64,000 bases of DNA from Clostridiales bacterium Firm_09 (GTDB lineage Bacteria > Bacillota > Clostridia > Christensenellales > DTU072), in NCBI GenBank assembly GCA_001604065.1, contig LVAO01000005.1, positions 14,903 to 78,902 of the forward strand, read 5' to 3'. The position numbers and the translations under genes are program-made. This document shows, one piece after another, positions 1-9,321 of this stretch. The first letter of the stretch is position 1, and every line of letters starts with the position of its first letter. Under the pieces are notes generated by a model. It saw only the letters and a program-made list of their open reading frames with translations. It ran no database searches and had not been told where the DNA came from.

Positions 1-508
1 CGGTGTTGATGATTATTAACGCATCGGGATTGAGTTCTTTCAGTCTGGCTATGGCGTCCGCAAAATCCTTTCTTGTGTCTTCAAGAAGTTGATCGATATA
101 TGTAAAATCGTTGTTTGCGGCTTCCTTTGCCATCTGCGTCATATTGTTCTGAAGCAGGTCGTTGCCGGTTATCGAGATATGCAGGATATCCGCATCCCGT
201 ATGAGCGTATTGGTGATGTATGCGCTGTCGTCTTCTCTGCTGATAAGTCCTAAAAACTGTTTTGTTTTTTGGCCGGAAACAGCGCGGTTATAATATTCCA
301 TATGGTTGCATCTGCCCAGCAAAGCATAAAAGCTGTAGTTCTCGCGCTCCGAGAGCGGCATAGGTCCCGCCAGGCCTTCCGAAATGGAATCCCCGAGGAA
401 GACAATTTTGAGAGGCGCAGTGCTCTCTTCTTCTCCACAACCCTGAAGCAGGGCAAGACCGGAAGCGAGCAGAACAATTGCCAGAACAATGCTGATAAAT
501 TTCTTCAT
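1..508 (-). CDS. SGNH/GDSL-family hydrolase lipoprotein (N-terminal part; the gene runs off the window start)
   Basis: My own minus-strand translation from the ATG at 508 gives MKKFISIVLAIVLLASGLALLQGCGEEEST..KIVFLGDSISEG..ITGNDL. It shows a lipobox (LLQGC), GDS block I and a GxND block. A GGAGG-type RBS lies just upstream (~517-528). It is absent from the ORF track because there is no stop inside the window. Confidence 0.75.
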   Translation of the reverse strand, partial: MKKFISIVLAIVLLASGLALLQGCGEEESTAPLKIVFLGDSISEGLAGPMPLSERENYSFYALLGRCNHMEYYNRAVSGQKTKQFLGLISREDDSAYITNTLIRDADILHISITGNDLLQNNMTQMAKEAANNDFTYIDQLLEDTRKDFADAIARLKELNPDALIIINT

Positions 509-718
509 CCTTATCCTCATCCTCCTTCGCCATGAAAGATACAGAAAGATTATACCTTTATCGTTATTGTTTTGCAATATTTTTTTGTTACATATTATTT
601 TTCCGTATTTTTTGTTTTAAGGAGACAATCTGGCGAAGCTTATCAAAAAAATAAAAGCAGAGAAACCGCTTTATCCACAACTTTGCTTTTGGTTGCCGGG
701 GATATTTTTTTCAAAGTA

Positions 719-747
719 TTGACAATCTTATTTTTTGGAAATAAAAT
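719..747 (+). promoter_or_regulatory. sigma-A-like promoter for the GH35 gene
   Basis: TTGACA (719-724), 17-nt spacer, TAAAAT (742-747). This places the TSS downstream of the ORF-track start at 735. Confidence 0.5.
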
Positions 748-809
748 CATTGCAGGGAATCAGAAAGAAGAAATCACGGATTGTTATGACTGCATGTTCT
801 GGAGGAAGA

Positions 810-2924
810 ATGTTGAAAATTGCGCTGGACTGCCGTTGCCCTCGTGAAATACACTCCGCACATCTCCGGTATGGCAACTGTCCGGATTCTCCTTATGCCT
901 CCAACAATGTTTATCTGACGCGGGAGGGCAAGCCCTTTATTCCCGTATCAGGAGAATTTCATTATTGCCGCTGCGACAAAGCCTTCTGGAAGGAGGAGCT
1001 TCTGAAAATGAAGGCGGGCGGCATAACCGTTGTATCCACTTATGTTTTCTGGTTGATGCATGAAGAAAAGCCCCTTGACTACAATTTTGAAGGGAACCGG
1101 GATCTGAAAGCTTTTTTGGGAATATGCAAGGAATGCGGTCTGGCCGTTATACTCCGCATGGGTCCTTGGTGCCATGGCGAAATGCGTAAAGGAGGGTTTC
1201 CCGATTGGATTGACAGGATGCCGGGCAAACGGAAAGACAATGCCGATTATCTGTCAAAGGTAAAACGGCTGTTTCAAAGATATTATCAGGAAGTCAGGGA
1301 TTATCTGGATGGGGAGACCATTATCGGCATTCAGCTGGAAAACGAATATACGGGCAAAGCAGGGCATCTTCATACATTAAAAAAACTTGCGTCGGAGGCC
1401 GGCTTCCGTGTACCCTATTTTACTGTCACGGCATGGCCGCCGGCGGACACAGGATATGAATTTCTGCCGCTGTACGGAGAGTATCCTGCAGAACCCTGGG
1501 CAAATACCAGACGAAAGCTTTCTCCTTCGTTTCAGTTCGCCATCCCGCAGGAATCCAATCTGCACGGCAAAAGAGATTCCGAACGGCACAGGTTGAAGAA
1601 TCGGGATTATCCTTACGGAACCTGCGAAACAGGTTGCGGTATTCAGGCAACCTCGCACAGAAGAGAAATCATCTCTTCCGATGCGGCTTATGCCACCGCT
1701 TTTGCTGCGGTTGCCACAGGAGCAAATATATTGGGCTATTATATGTTCCATGGCGGCACCAATCCGAAGGGGCTTTATCAGGAGAGCAAACGGACGGGAT
1801 ATCCCAACGATTATCCTGTCATGGATTATGATTTTCAAGCACCTATTGATCGGTACGGATATCCGCGCGAGTCTTTTTTGCGTCTGAAAAACCTCAATTA
1901 TTTTTTGAACACTTTCGGCGAGAGTTTTGCGGCAATGCAGCCTTTCTGCAATCCGCTTCCCGAAAAAGCAGATGATTTCTCTTCGCCGCGCTGCAGCGTC
2001 AGAATCAACGAGAAGGGAGAGGGATATTTCTTTATCAGTTCTTACGAGCGCAATCATCCGACCAAGGACTTTGAAGCATTAAACGTGGAACTGGATACTC
2101 CGCAAGGAAAAATCCTGCTGCCGTCGGTCAATGTCAAAGCAGGTTCCATGTTTTTTTATCCTTTCAATTTCTTTGCCGGAGGAATTCTTTTTGATTATAT
2201 TCTGGCTCGTCCGATTGCGAAAGTTGCATATGACGGCATGACGAGGTACTATTTTGAAGAAATAGACGGCGTCAATGCCCGTTATTGCATTAACGGAGAA
2301 AAGGGATTCTTGCCCGTAAGAAAAACCGCCGTGATGTCCTTCGGAACGGGCAAAGACAAAACAGAAATATACCTTCTTTCGCATAAAGATGCCAACGATT
2401 TTTATCTTGTTAACAATAAGGTATATTTTACAAGCGCTGTCGTCATCGGCGGAGACAATCCGCAGATTGTTTACAGAAACGGAGACTATCTCCGTACAGA
2501 CGGATACGAAAAAACATTCGGCGGCTGCAAAGAAGGTGATGTGCGCCTTCTTCCGGGAACGCCGGGGTTTTTGCCGTTCAAACATTACATGTTCGCAAGA
2601 GGAAGGAGCAGGTATTTTCACCTGAAGGTGCCGGAGGATATTCTTTCGGATTGCGAGGATGCCTTGCTGGAATTTTCTTTTGAAGGCAACAGCCTTCAGG
2701 TCTTCGCGGGACGCAGTCTGATAAACGATACTTTCAATATCGACAGGAAATTTGTGATGAGCATGAAATATTACCGTGAAGATATAAAAAAATACGATTT
2801 CTTTGTCATACGCACCAAGCCTTTCAAGCGTATGAAAAAACCTTATACGGAGTTTGATGCAGAATACGGCAATGCTATGCTGCGATTGGGGAATGTGGAA
2901 ATCTATAAAAAAGAGCCTTTATAA
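810..2924 (+). CDS. glycoside hydrolase family 35 beta-galactosidase
   Basis: GH35 N-terminal signature: SGEFHYCRC..FWKEELLKMKAGGITVVSTYVFW..HE..NFEGNRDL..FL..C..GL.VILRMGPW.HGE...GGFPDWI, and QLENEY (catalytic acid/base region). The start is moved to the ATG at 810 (GGAGG 4 nt upstream) because the predicted promoter lies inside the 735 extension. The ATG at 786 is also possible. Confidence 0.85.
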   Translation: MLKIALDCRCPREIHSAHLRYGNCPDSPYASNNVYLTREGKPFIPVSGEFHYCRCDKAFWKEELLKMKAGGITVVSTYVFWLMHEEKPLDYNFEGNRDLKAFLGICKECGLAVILRMGPWCHGEMRKGGFPDWIDRMPGKRKDNADYLSKVKRLFQRYYQEVRDYLDGETIIGIQLENEYTGKAGHLHTLKKLASEAGFRVPYFTVTAWPPADTGYEFLPLYGEYPAEPWANTRRKLSPSFQFAIPQESNLHGKRDSERHRLKNRDYPYGTCETGCGIQATSHRREIISSDAAYATAFAAVATGANILGYYMFHGGTNPKGLYQESKRTGYPNDYPVMDYDFQAPIDRYGYPRESFLRLKNLNYFLNTFGESFAAMQPFCNPLPEKADDFSSPRCSVRINEKGEGYFFISSYERNHPTKDFEALNVELDTPQGKILLPSVNVKAGSMFFYPFNFFAGGILFDYILARPIAKVAYDGMTRYYFEEIDGVNARYCINGEKGFLPVRKTAVMSFGTGKDKTEIYLLSHKDANDFYLVNNKVYFTSAVVIGGDNPQIVYRNGDYLRTDGYEKTFGGCKEGDVRLLPGTPGFLPFKHYMFARGRSRYFHLKVPEDILSDCEDALLEFSFEGNSLQVFAGRSLINDTFNIDRKFVMSMKYYREDIKKYDFFVIRTKPFKRMKKPYTEFDAEYGNAMLRLGNVEIYKKEPL

Positions 2925-2944
2925 AAATTATTTTTGGATTTGGT

Positions 2945-2985
2945 AAAAAAGGCTGTCTCCTAAAAGAAAGAAGACAGCCTTTTTG
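2945..2985. terminator. bidirectional rho-independent terminator (GH35 / SulP, convergent)
   Basis: aaaaaaGGCTGTCT-loop-AGACAGCCttttt, with an A-run on one side and a T-run on the other. Confidence 0.75.
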
Positions 2986-3000
2986 ATATTCAATGGAATA

Positions 3001-4659
3001 TTACATTACCGTTTCGGAACGGTTTTTCATAATGGCGGCAATCGCATGCTTTCTGGTTGAGGTTAAGACAAGCGAAGATTGTTCTTCCACCAGGATGCCG
3101 GATAAATCAACTTTTGTCTTGTCCTGCATATCAGATTTGGCTAAATACGTCATGCAACGCAGATTGCCCGCTATCCTGATGGTCTCTTTGCCTTTCAACA
3201 ATAATTCTTTTATCAGATGTTCGACAACTTCAAAACCCTGCACATCAATGTCAATTGCCTTTCTGAGGTCAATAACGACATGGGATGCATTTATATTGAG
3301 TTCGTTGATTCTGAATTTCGGTACCGTGATGAAGTTGAGTCCTCCAGCAATTTCTACCGTGGCGGTATCTCCGTTTTCGGTAACCGTGACGTGCGGCTTA
3401 TAGGAGAGCTTCCTTTTTTTTGTACGCAGATATCCCATAAGCACCCAAAGAAGGGCAATGCCCATGCCGACGCCGATGGCGACCACGAGGTCAAAAATGA
3501 CTGTCAGCGATAATGCCGTGAAAAAAAGCAAAATATCACGCGGCGAGCCGGAAAAAATCTTGCGTATTTCTTTGACATTGATCATATTTTTGCATACGAC
3601 AATCAGTACCGCGGCAAGCGCTGTCAACGGAATGTAGACGGCATAGGGCATGAGCAGCACACCGATAAGAAGAATCAGAAGCGCATGGACAATAGTTGAT
3701 ACGGGAGTCTGTCCTCCGTTTTTGATGCTGGCACTTGTTCTTGCAATGGCTCCTGTCACCGGCAGCCCGCCGAAGAGCGAAGATGCCATATTTGCCGCTC
3801 CTTGAGAAATAAGCTCCGCATTGGGATTATGCGTGGTTTTTGTCATGCTGTCGGCAGCTTTGGCAGAAAGAAGAGATTCTATTGCGGCAAGGAGGGCAAT
3901 GGATAGGATTGGCACAATTAAATCTGAAAAATGTGAAAAATCAAAGGCATGCAATTTGAATTCCAGATGAAGCGCGCCGAAACGGCTTCCGATGGTCGCG
4001 ATATCCATTTTGAACAGAATCTGCATCATAACGGCAAACAGAATGGCAATCAGCGCACTGGGTATTTTTTTTGTTATTTTAGGAAGTATCAGCATGATTT
4101 CAACACAAAGAATGCCAAGCATCAGCGACAAGGGATTGATCATCGATACTTCTTCGATATAGAAAGAAATTTTATCAAAAAACTCTTTGGGTACACCGGT
4201 ATATCCCATAAAATCCGCAAGCTGTCCTGTAAAAATTGAAACCGCGATGCCTGCGGTAAATCCGGCAATGATCGGCAGAGCAATATAATTGATCAGTTTG
4301 CCGAGTTTGAACAGTCCCATGAGGACAAGAAGGACACCGGAGAAGAAGATTGCTGTCAAAAACCCGTCCGGTCCGCAGGTTGCCGCAACGGACAGAACGA
4401 TGGGGATAAACGCCGCCGTAGGTCCGGATACCTGATTGCGGCTGCCGGAAAGGAGCGCTGCGACACCTCCTCCGATGATGGCAGTCAGAAGACCGACTTC
4501 GGGTTTGGCGCCCGATGCGATTGCAAGCGCGAGAGACAACGGCAACGCAATGATACCGACGATAAGACCTGCAATGAGATCTTTGGTCAAGGTATGGATA
4601 TTGTAATTTTTCAGGGAAAGAACAAGAGCGGGAGTCAACCCTTTGAAATAATTTTTCAT
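3001..4659 (-). CDS. SulP-family inorganic anion (sulfate/bicarbonate) permease with C-terminal STAS domain
   Basis: 552 aa and polytopic. The N-terminus DLIAGLIVGIIALPLSLALAIASG is typical of SulP. The C-terminal ~120 aa is soluble and STAS-like (TVEIAGGLNFITV..VIDL..IDVQG). Confidence 0.85.
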   Translation of the reverse strand: MKNYFKGLTPALVLSLKNYNIHTLTKDLIAGLIVGIIALPLSLALAIASGAKPEVGLLTAIIGGGVAALLSGSRNQVSGPTAAFIPIVLSVAATCGPDGFLTAIFFSGVLLVLMGLFKLGKLINYIALPIIAGFTAGIAVSIFTGQLADFMGYTGVPKEFFDKISFYIEEVSMINPLSLMLGILCVEIMLILPKITKKIPSALIAILFAVMMQILFKMDIATIGSRFGALHLEFKLHAFDFSHFSDLIVPILSIALLAAIESLLSAKAADSMTKTTHNPNAELISQGAANMASSLFGGLPVTGAIARTSASIKNGGQTPVSTIVHALLILLIGVLLMPYAVYIPLTALAAVLIVVCKNMINVKEIRKIFSGSPRDILLFFTALSLTVIFDLVVAIGVGMGIALLWVLMGYLRTKKRKLSYKPHVTVTENGDTATVEIAGGLNFITVPKFRINELNINASHVVIDLRKAIDIDVQGFEVVEHLIKELLLKGKETIRIAGNLRCMTYLAKSDMQDKTKVDLSGILVEEQSSLVLTSTRKHAIAAIMKNRSETVM

Positions 4660-4722
4660 AACAGAATTTTTCTATCGACCTCCGATGAAGCGTCAAAAAG
4701 AACGTTATTTCACATTGTTTTT

Positions 4723-4756
4723 AATGCCGGACAAGATTATAGCATCCGGCATTTTT
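4723..4756. promoter_or_regulatory. 9-bp perfect inverted repeat bracketing the putative sulP -10 box
   Basis: AATGCCGGA-N13-TCCGGCATT. On the minus strand the loop reads TGcTATAAT, an extended -10 (TATAAT = complement of 4736-4741), about 70 nt upstream of the sulP start. Confidence 0.4.
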
Positions 4757-4913
4757 GAACACAACTGTTTGATATGTGTCAGGGTATCAAATATAAGTAA
4801 ATGAACTGACCGCAACGGCAAGAATCCTTTACAATTATTTTATCCGGAAATTTATGCGGAATGCTCCGGCTGTTTCTTTTTATGCTATAATAAAAAAGAA
4901 AGGAGGAAAGAAT

Positions 4914-5921
4914 ATGGAAACTGTTTTGATAACGGGTATCAGCGGGTTTGTCGGTGCGACGCTGGCGGTGGAGCTTTACAGAAGAGGATACAATGTCACG
5001 GGTGTGGACCGCTCGGATTCTCCCAAAAACAAAGAGCTTGCGGCTTTGGTCAAAAACGGGAGGGTAAGAATCTTCCAGGGCGATCTTAATACCTTTGATT
5101 ACGACATGTTGCCTTATGCGGATTATGTATTCCAGATCGCAGGGAAGGTAAGCCCTTGGGGAGACCTGGCAGACTTCGACCGCATCAACGTCGACGGAAC
5201 AAAGCGCGCCATCGATTTTGCAAAAAAAGCGGGCAGCAAATCTTTTTTATATCTCAGTTCTGTCGCCGTCTATGGCTATGACGGTTATAAAAACCGAAAA
5301 GAGGAAGACGAGAAGCATCCTTTTGATAACCCATATTCCATTTCAAAATTGCATGCAGAAACCATGGTGATGAAATACTGCAAAGAACTGGGTCTTCCTT
5401 ATGTCGTCATACGCCCCGGCAATGTTTACGGCCCCAATGATTTTACTTCGTCCTATCAAATCTATTCATTAATCGAAAAAGGCAAGATGCCCTACATTGA
5501 CCACGGCAGATATGTAAGCTGCTTTGTTTATGTGGGCAACCTTGTGGACGCCATCGCGACTGCCGGTACCACTCCCGCCGCATGGAATGAGGACTATAAC
5601 ATTACCGATGGCTTCGGTGAGACATTGCACGAATATTTTGCGCTTGTTGCCGAAACGATGGGCGTCAAACCGAGGTTCATAAGTTTGCCCGGTCCCCTCG
5701 CCAAAGCGTTTTCGACTGTTCTGGAAGGCGCCTATAAACTGATGAAAAGCAAAAAGGCTCCCTTTGTCACCCGATTCTCGACCTATCAGAATTGCGCGGA
5801 CTACCATTTTTCAATCGCTAAAGCAAAAAGAATTTTTGGATACGAGCCAAAAACAAGCTTAAAAGAGGGGGTGCGCAATACGGTCGATTGGTACCTGTCG
5901 TTAAAGGGGGACAAAGCATGA
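4914..5921 (+). CDS. NAD-dependent epimerase/dehydratase (extended SDR, 3-beta-HSD-like)
   Basis: VLITGISGFVGATLA (GxxGxxG) and YSISK (YxxxK). The start is set at the ATG at 4914 with AAAGGAGG 6-7 nt upstream. An extended -10, TGcTATAAT, lies at 4883-4891. Confidence 0.8.
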   Translation: METVLITGISGFVGATLAVELYRRGYNVTGVDRSDSPKNKELAALVKNGRVRIFQGDLNTFDYDMLPYADYVFQIAGKVSPWGDLADFDRINVDGTKRAIDFAKKAGSKSFLYLSSVAVYGYDGYKNRKEEDEKHPFDNPYSISKLHAETMVMKYCKELGLPYVVIRPGNVYGPNDFTSSYQIYSLIEKGKMPYIDHGRYVSCFVYVGNLVDAIATAGTTPAAWNEDYNITDGFGETLHEYFALVAETMGVKPRFISLPGPLAKAFSTVLEGAYKLMKSKKAPFVTRFSTYQNCADYHFSIAKAKRIFGYEPKTSLKEGVRNTVDWYLSLKGDKA

Positions 5922-6661
5922 AACAATTCTTTTCAGAACTTAAGGAGCATTGGGCAGCCTGTGATAAAAAAGCGGTTATCAGCATCCTGTATATCACTGT
6001 CATTCTGACACTGTATTGTTATTTCGGCACCGCCGGGTTCTTTCTTAAGTCCTTTCCGCAAACGGACAACAAAGAGTACTGGAGCGTTCTTTATCATAAT
6101 TTTTCTCCGTTGTTGTTTTTCTTTTCAGCCGGTCTTTTATTCGTCCGTTTCGGCCTCAAAGAACCGCTTTCAGAGTCCGGTCTGGGTTTGGGTGACAAAA
6201 AATGGGGGATAAAGGTGTGTCTCATATTGACGCCGGTTTTTATCCTTTCCGGTTTGGTTTCGGCCTTTGACAAAGAGATGAATACGATGTATCCTTTGGC
6301 GCGCGGCATTCTTTTTGCGCCTGTGGGATATGCGCTTCTTTATTTTTTGTCTTACTTTCTATATTATGTCGGATGGGAGTATCTGTTCCGCGGCATCGGC
6401 ATAAGGATGATTTCAAAAAAGAGCGGGGCGATGATGGCTGTCGCCGTTACTACGCTGGTGTCCGCGCTTATTCATACCAGTATTGCCGGCTTCGGCAAGC
6501 CGTTTACAGAGACCTTCAGCGCTATTGTCGCAGGCATCGTGTTTGGCTACATTGCTTATCGTACAAAGTCAATCTGGTATACCGTTTGGCTGCATATGGT
6601 AGTCGGATTCTCACAGGATATTTTTATCATCCTTTTTACAAGATCCGGGATCATAGGGTAA
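5918..6661 (+). CDS. CPBP-family (CAAX/Abi) intramembrane glutamic protease
   Basis: Polytopic, with the motifs GWEYLFRG (ExxxR), SALIH and WLHMVVGF. The ATG at 5918 overlaps the upstream stop (ATGA). Confidence 0.7.
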   Translation: MKQFFSELKEHWAACDKKAVISILYITVILTLYCYFGTAGFFLKSFPQTDNKEYWSVLYHNFSPLLFFFSAGLLFVRFGLKEPLSESGLGLGDKKWGIKVCLILTPVFILSGLVSAFDKEMNTMYPLARGILFAPVGYALLYFLSYFLYYVGWEYLFRGIGIRMISKKSGAMMAVAVTTLVSALIHTSIAGFGKPFTETFSAIVAGIVFGYIAYRTKSIWYTVWLHMVVGFSQDIFIILFTRSGIIG

Positions 6662-6673
6662 GGAGGCAAAAAA

Positions 6674-7456
6674 ATGTCAAGAGTCGTTGTGATCACAGGA
6701 GCATCGGCGGGGATCGGGCTTGCCTCGGCAAAAGAATTTTTGAAGCATGGCGACACCGTCTACAATTTCTCAAGAAGGGAGTCGCCGGAGGTCAGAACCA
6801 TAAAAACAGATGTCTCGGATCCGGAAGCCGTCAAGGCGGCGTTCAAAGCTGTTTATGAGGCGGAAGGAAGGATTGATGTGCTTGTCAACAATGCGGGTAT
6901 GGGAATCTCCGGCGCAGTCGAAAACACTGCGGATGCAAGCGTTCGCAAACAGATGGATGTCAATTTCTTCGGTGCGCTTTATGCCATGCGCGAAATTGCA
7001 CCATATATGCGCGCGGGCGGCGGCGGCATCATCATCAATATGAGTTCTGCCGCGGCGGCGCTCCCGATACCGTTTCAGGCTTTTTATTCCGCCAGCAAAG
7101 CGGCATTATCCTCGCTGTCCAATGCGTTTCGGATTGAAGTCGCACCGTTCAACATCAAGGTCTGTGCCGTTCTCCCGGGCGATGTGCGAACGGAATTTAC
7201 GGACAAACGCGAAAAGAATAAATCCAATGACCCTGTGTACGGCGACCGGATCGACAAATCCGTCGCCGTCATGGAGCGCGACGAGCGCAACGGCATGCCG
7301 CCCGAAATCATTGCCAGGCTGATATACAAGCTGTCCTGCAAAAAAAATCCGCCACCTTCCAAGGTGGGTGGTCTAAAATATGCCGTATTTGTCAAGCTTT
7401 CCAAGGTGCTTCCGGAACGTCTTGTTGTCTTTCTTATTTCCAGAATATACGGTTGA
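6674..7456 (+). CDS. classical short-chain dehydrogenase/reductase (SDR)
   Basis: TGASAGIG, NNAG and YSASKAAL motifs. AAGGAGG RBS. Confidence 0.85.
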   Translation: MSRVVVITGASAGIGLASAKEFLKHGDTVYNFSRRESPEVRTIKTDVSDPEAVKAAFKAVYEAEGRIDVLVNNAGMGISGAVENTADASVRKQMDVNFFGALYAMREIAPYMRAGGGGIIINMSSAAAALPIPFQAFYSASKAALSSLSNAFRIEVAPFNIKVCAVLPGDVRTEFTDKREKNKSNDPVYGDRIDKSVAVMERDERNGMPPEIIARLIYKLSCKKNPPPSKVGGLKYAVFVKLSKVLPERLVVFLISRIYG

Positions 7457-7480
7457 AATATTTTCGGAGGTATACATAAA

Positions 7481-8155
7481 ATGAGCTTACAGGAATTGAA
7501 ACAGAAGGTTTATGCTGCCAATCAGGAGCTGTTCAGGCGTGGGCTGATTCTTCTTAATTGGGGCAATGTCAGCGCAATTGACAGAGAAAAAGGCATTATG
7601 GTCATTAAGCCCGCCAATATCAGTTTTGCAGCAATGACGCCGGACAATATGGCGGTTGTGGATTTATGCGGCAAAATGCTGGAAGGCGGCAAACCGTCCA
7701 GCGATATGCCCACGCATCTGGAATTATATAAAGGATTCCCGGACATCGGCGCAATCGCGCATACACATTCCCTCAATGCGACGGCATTTGCACAAGCGGG
7801 CAAGAATCTGGAGCCGTTCGGCACGACGCATGCGGACTGCTTTTTCGGCAATGTGCCCTGCGCGAGAGCGCTGACAACAGAAGAGCTTCGCGGAGAATAT
7901 GAAAAAAACACTGCTCATGTGATATTGGAGCGTTTTACGGGTCATGATTATCTTGCAACGCCCGCGGTGCTGGTTGCGAACCATGGCGCGTATGCATGGG
8001 GAGAGTCTCCGGAACGTGCCGTAGAAGTTGCGGTGATGCTGGAAGCGGTAGCAGAGCTTGCCATCAAGACTCTTGTTCTGAATCCTCTTACCGAACCCAT
8101 CGAACAGCCTTTATTGGAGAGGCATTATTACAGAAAACATAAAAAACAAAGTTAA
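7481..8155 (+). CDS. araD: L-ribulose-5-phosphate 4-epimerase / class II aldolase family
   Basis: Collinear with E. coli AraD as I remember it: NWGNVSAIDREKG..VIKP, KPSSDMPTHLELY, AHTHS, GTTHADCFFG..PC, HYYRKH. Confidence 0.8.
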   Translation: MSLQELKQKVYAANQELFRRGLILLNWGNVSAIDREKGIMVIKPANISFAAMTPDNMAVVDLCGKMLEGGKPSSDMPTHLELYKGFPDIGAIAHTHSLNATAFAQAGKNLEPFGTTHADCFFGNVPCARALTTEELRGEYEKNTAHVILERFTGHDYLATPAVLVANHGAYAWGESPERAVEVAVMLEAVAELAIKTLVLNPLTEPIEQPLLERHYYRKHKKQS

Positions 8156-8337
8156 GGACATACTTCACAAATACCCTCGTCTGTCCTTATGATACTTTAT
8201 CATAAAGGAGGACAAATCAACTCTTCTGCGCTTTGGGCAAGGCCATAAACAAAGGCGGGCTTATAGCACGAAATGCTTGGGCATACCGGATGCCGGCTGC
8301 CAGCCGGATGGAATCTGGTTTTTTGATTATATTGCAA

Positions 8338-8365
8338 AATGAGCGCCCTCCGAGGGCGCTCATTA
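8338..8365. terminator. bidirectional hairpin terminator
   Basis: AAATGAGCGCCCTC-CGA-GGGCGCTCATT lies directly after the stop of the minus-strand small membrane gene, with T-rich tracts on both strands. Confidence 0.6.
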
Positions 8366-8373
8366 TGATTTAT

Positions 8374-8595
8374 TTATTGACGGATGGAAGTCAGGTAACT
8401 AAGAATTGTTCCGCCTGCGGCAACACCGACGATGACGCCGATAATGAGCGCAACAATCAGGAAGCAGAAGAAGGACCGGGCAAAGCTTCTGCGTGCGATG
8501 TTGTTATCATTGAATGAGAACACGATAAGAAATATGAATCCGATGACGGGAATGGAAAAAAGGACCTGCAGCCAAAAATATCCCCAGGCTGCCAA
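8374..8595 (-). CDS. small two-TM membrane protein (possibly the remnant of a longer ORF; see finding)
   Basis: 73 aa with two hydrophobic helices. The track start is a TTG with no RBS. An RBS-equipped ATG at 8649 is in frame but separated by a single TAA. Confidence 0.4.
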   Translation of the reverse strand: MAAWGYFWLQVLFSIPVIGFIFLIVFSFNDNNIARRSFARSFFCFLIVALIIGVIVGVAAGGTILSYLTSIRQ

Positions 8596-8833
8596 CGGGC
8601 GATATTTTTATGGAAGTCTTTGAATTTCGGATTTTTCTGTTTTATTCATACAAATTTCCTTTTTATTGAATATTTTTTATTTTATCACGCTGCGGAAGAA
8701 ATATCAATACAAAAGTTGTGGGAATAAATGAATTTTCGCTTCCACCAACACTTCCCAGAATGTTTTTTGCATAATGCTGTTTATTCATACGGATAATACT
8801 AGTAGCGACAACACAAAGGAGGTGTTCAAAATC

Positions 8834-8989
8834 ATGAAGAAATTCAATTCCGGTGAAACCGCACCCAAGACCGGGACCTACAATATCGTAGACAAATCCG
8901 GTAAAAAGGTCACGACTGCAAATGTAAAGAAAGGCGATACGCTGCCGCCCACCCAAAGCAAGAACTATCATTTTGAAATAGACGACTAA
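8834..8989 (+). CDS. YjzC-like small protein
   Basis: 51 aa, MKKFNSGETAPKTGTYNIVDKSGKK..VKKGDTLPPTQSKNYHFEI. This matches the remembered YjzC pattern (G-x-x-AP-x-x-G-x-Y ... G-D-x-x-P-x-T). AGGAGG RBS at 8816-8821. Confidence 0.65.
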   Translation: MKKFNSGETAPKTGTYNIVDKSGKKVTTANVKKGDTLPPTQSKNYHFEIDD

Positions 8990-9211
8990 GGTACGCTGAA
9001 AGCAGCGGATTATCCGCCTTCCGGACGCAGATGTAGATGCGTGAAGGCGGATGGCCGTCTTGATCGGCAGGAGTTGTTTTGTCTGTTCTCCGAACGGATG
9101 AAGCAGCTCCTGTTTTTGCTTATTTCCAGAAATATTTATATTTTGGCAAGATAAAATAATTGTCATTTACCGTGAAAAAAGTGTAACCGGAAGAGATATA
9201 GTCTTAATTGC

Positions 9212-9239
9212 TTGTATAATCGGCCAATCATGCTATAAT
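9212..9239 (+). promoter_or_regulatory. sigma-A-like promoter for the 9322 gene
   Basis: TTGTAT (9212-9217), 16 nt, TGcTATAAT (TATAAT at 9234-9239). Confidence 0.45.
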
Positions 9240-9321
9240 CATATTGATAGCGCATATTCCGGTTAAATAGCGTCCTTTTCAAAAACAAAAATGTTCGCAT
9301 AAAAAATATTCGGGGTGAGCC

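Noticed and set aside
735-809. The N-terminal extension of the GH35 ORF given in the track (start at 735).
   Set aside because: A good TTGACA-17-TAAAAT promoter at 719-747 would put the TSS inside this extension. The extension has no RBS, whereas the ATG at 810 follows GGAGG.
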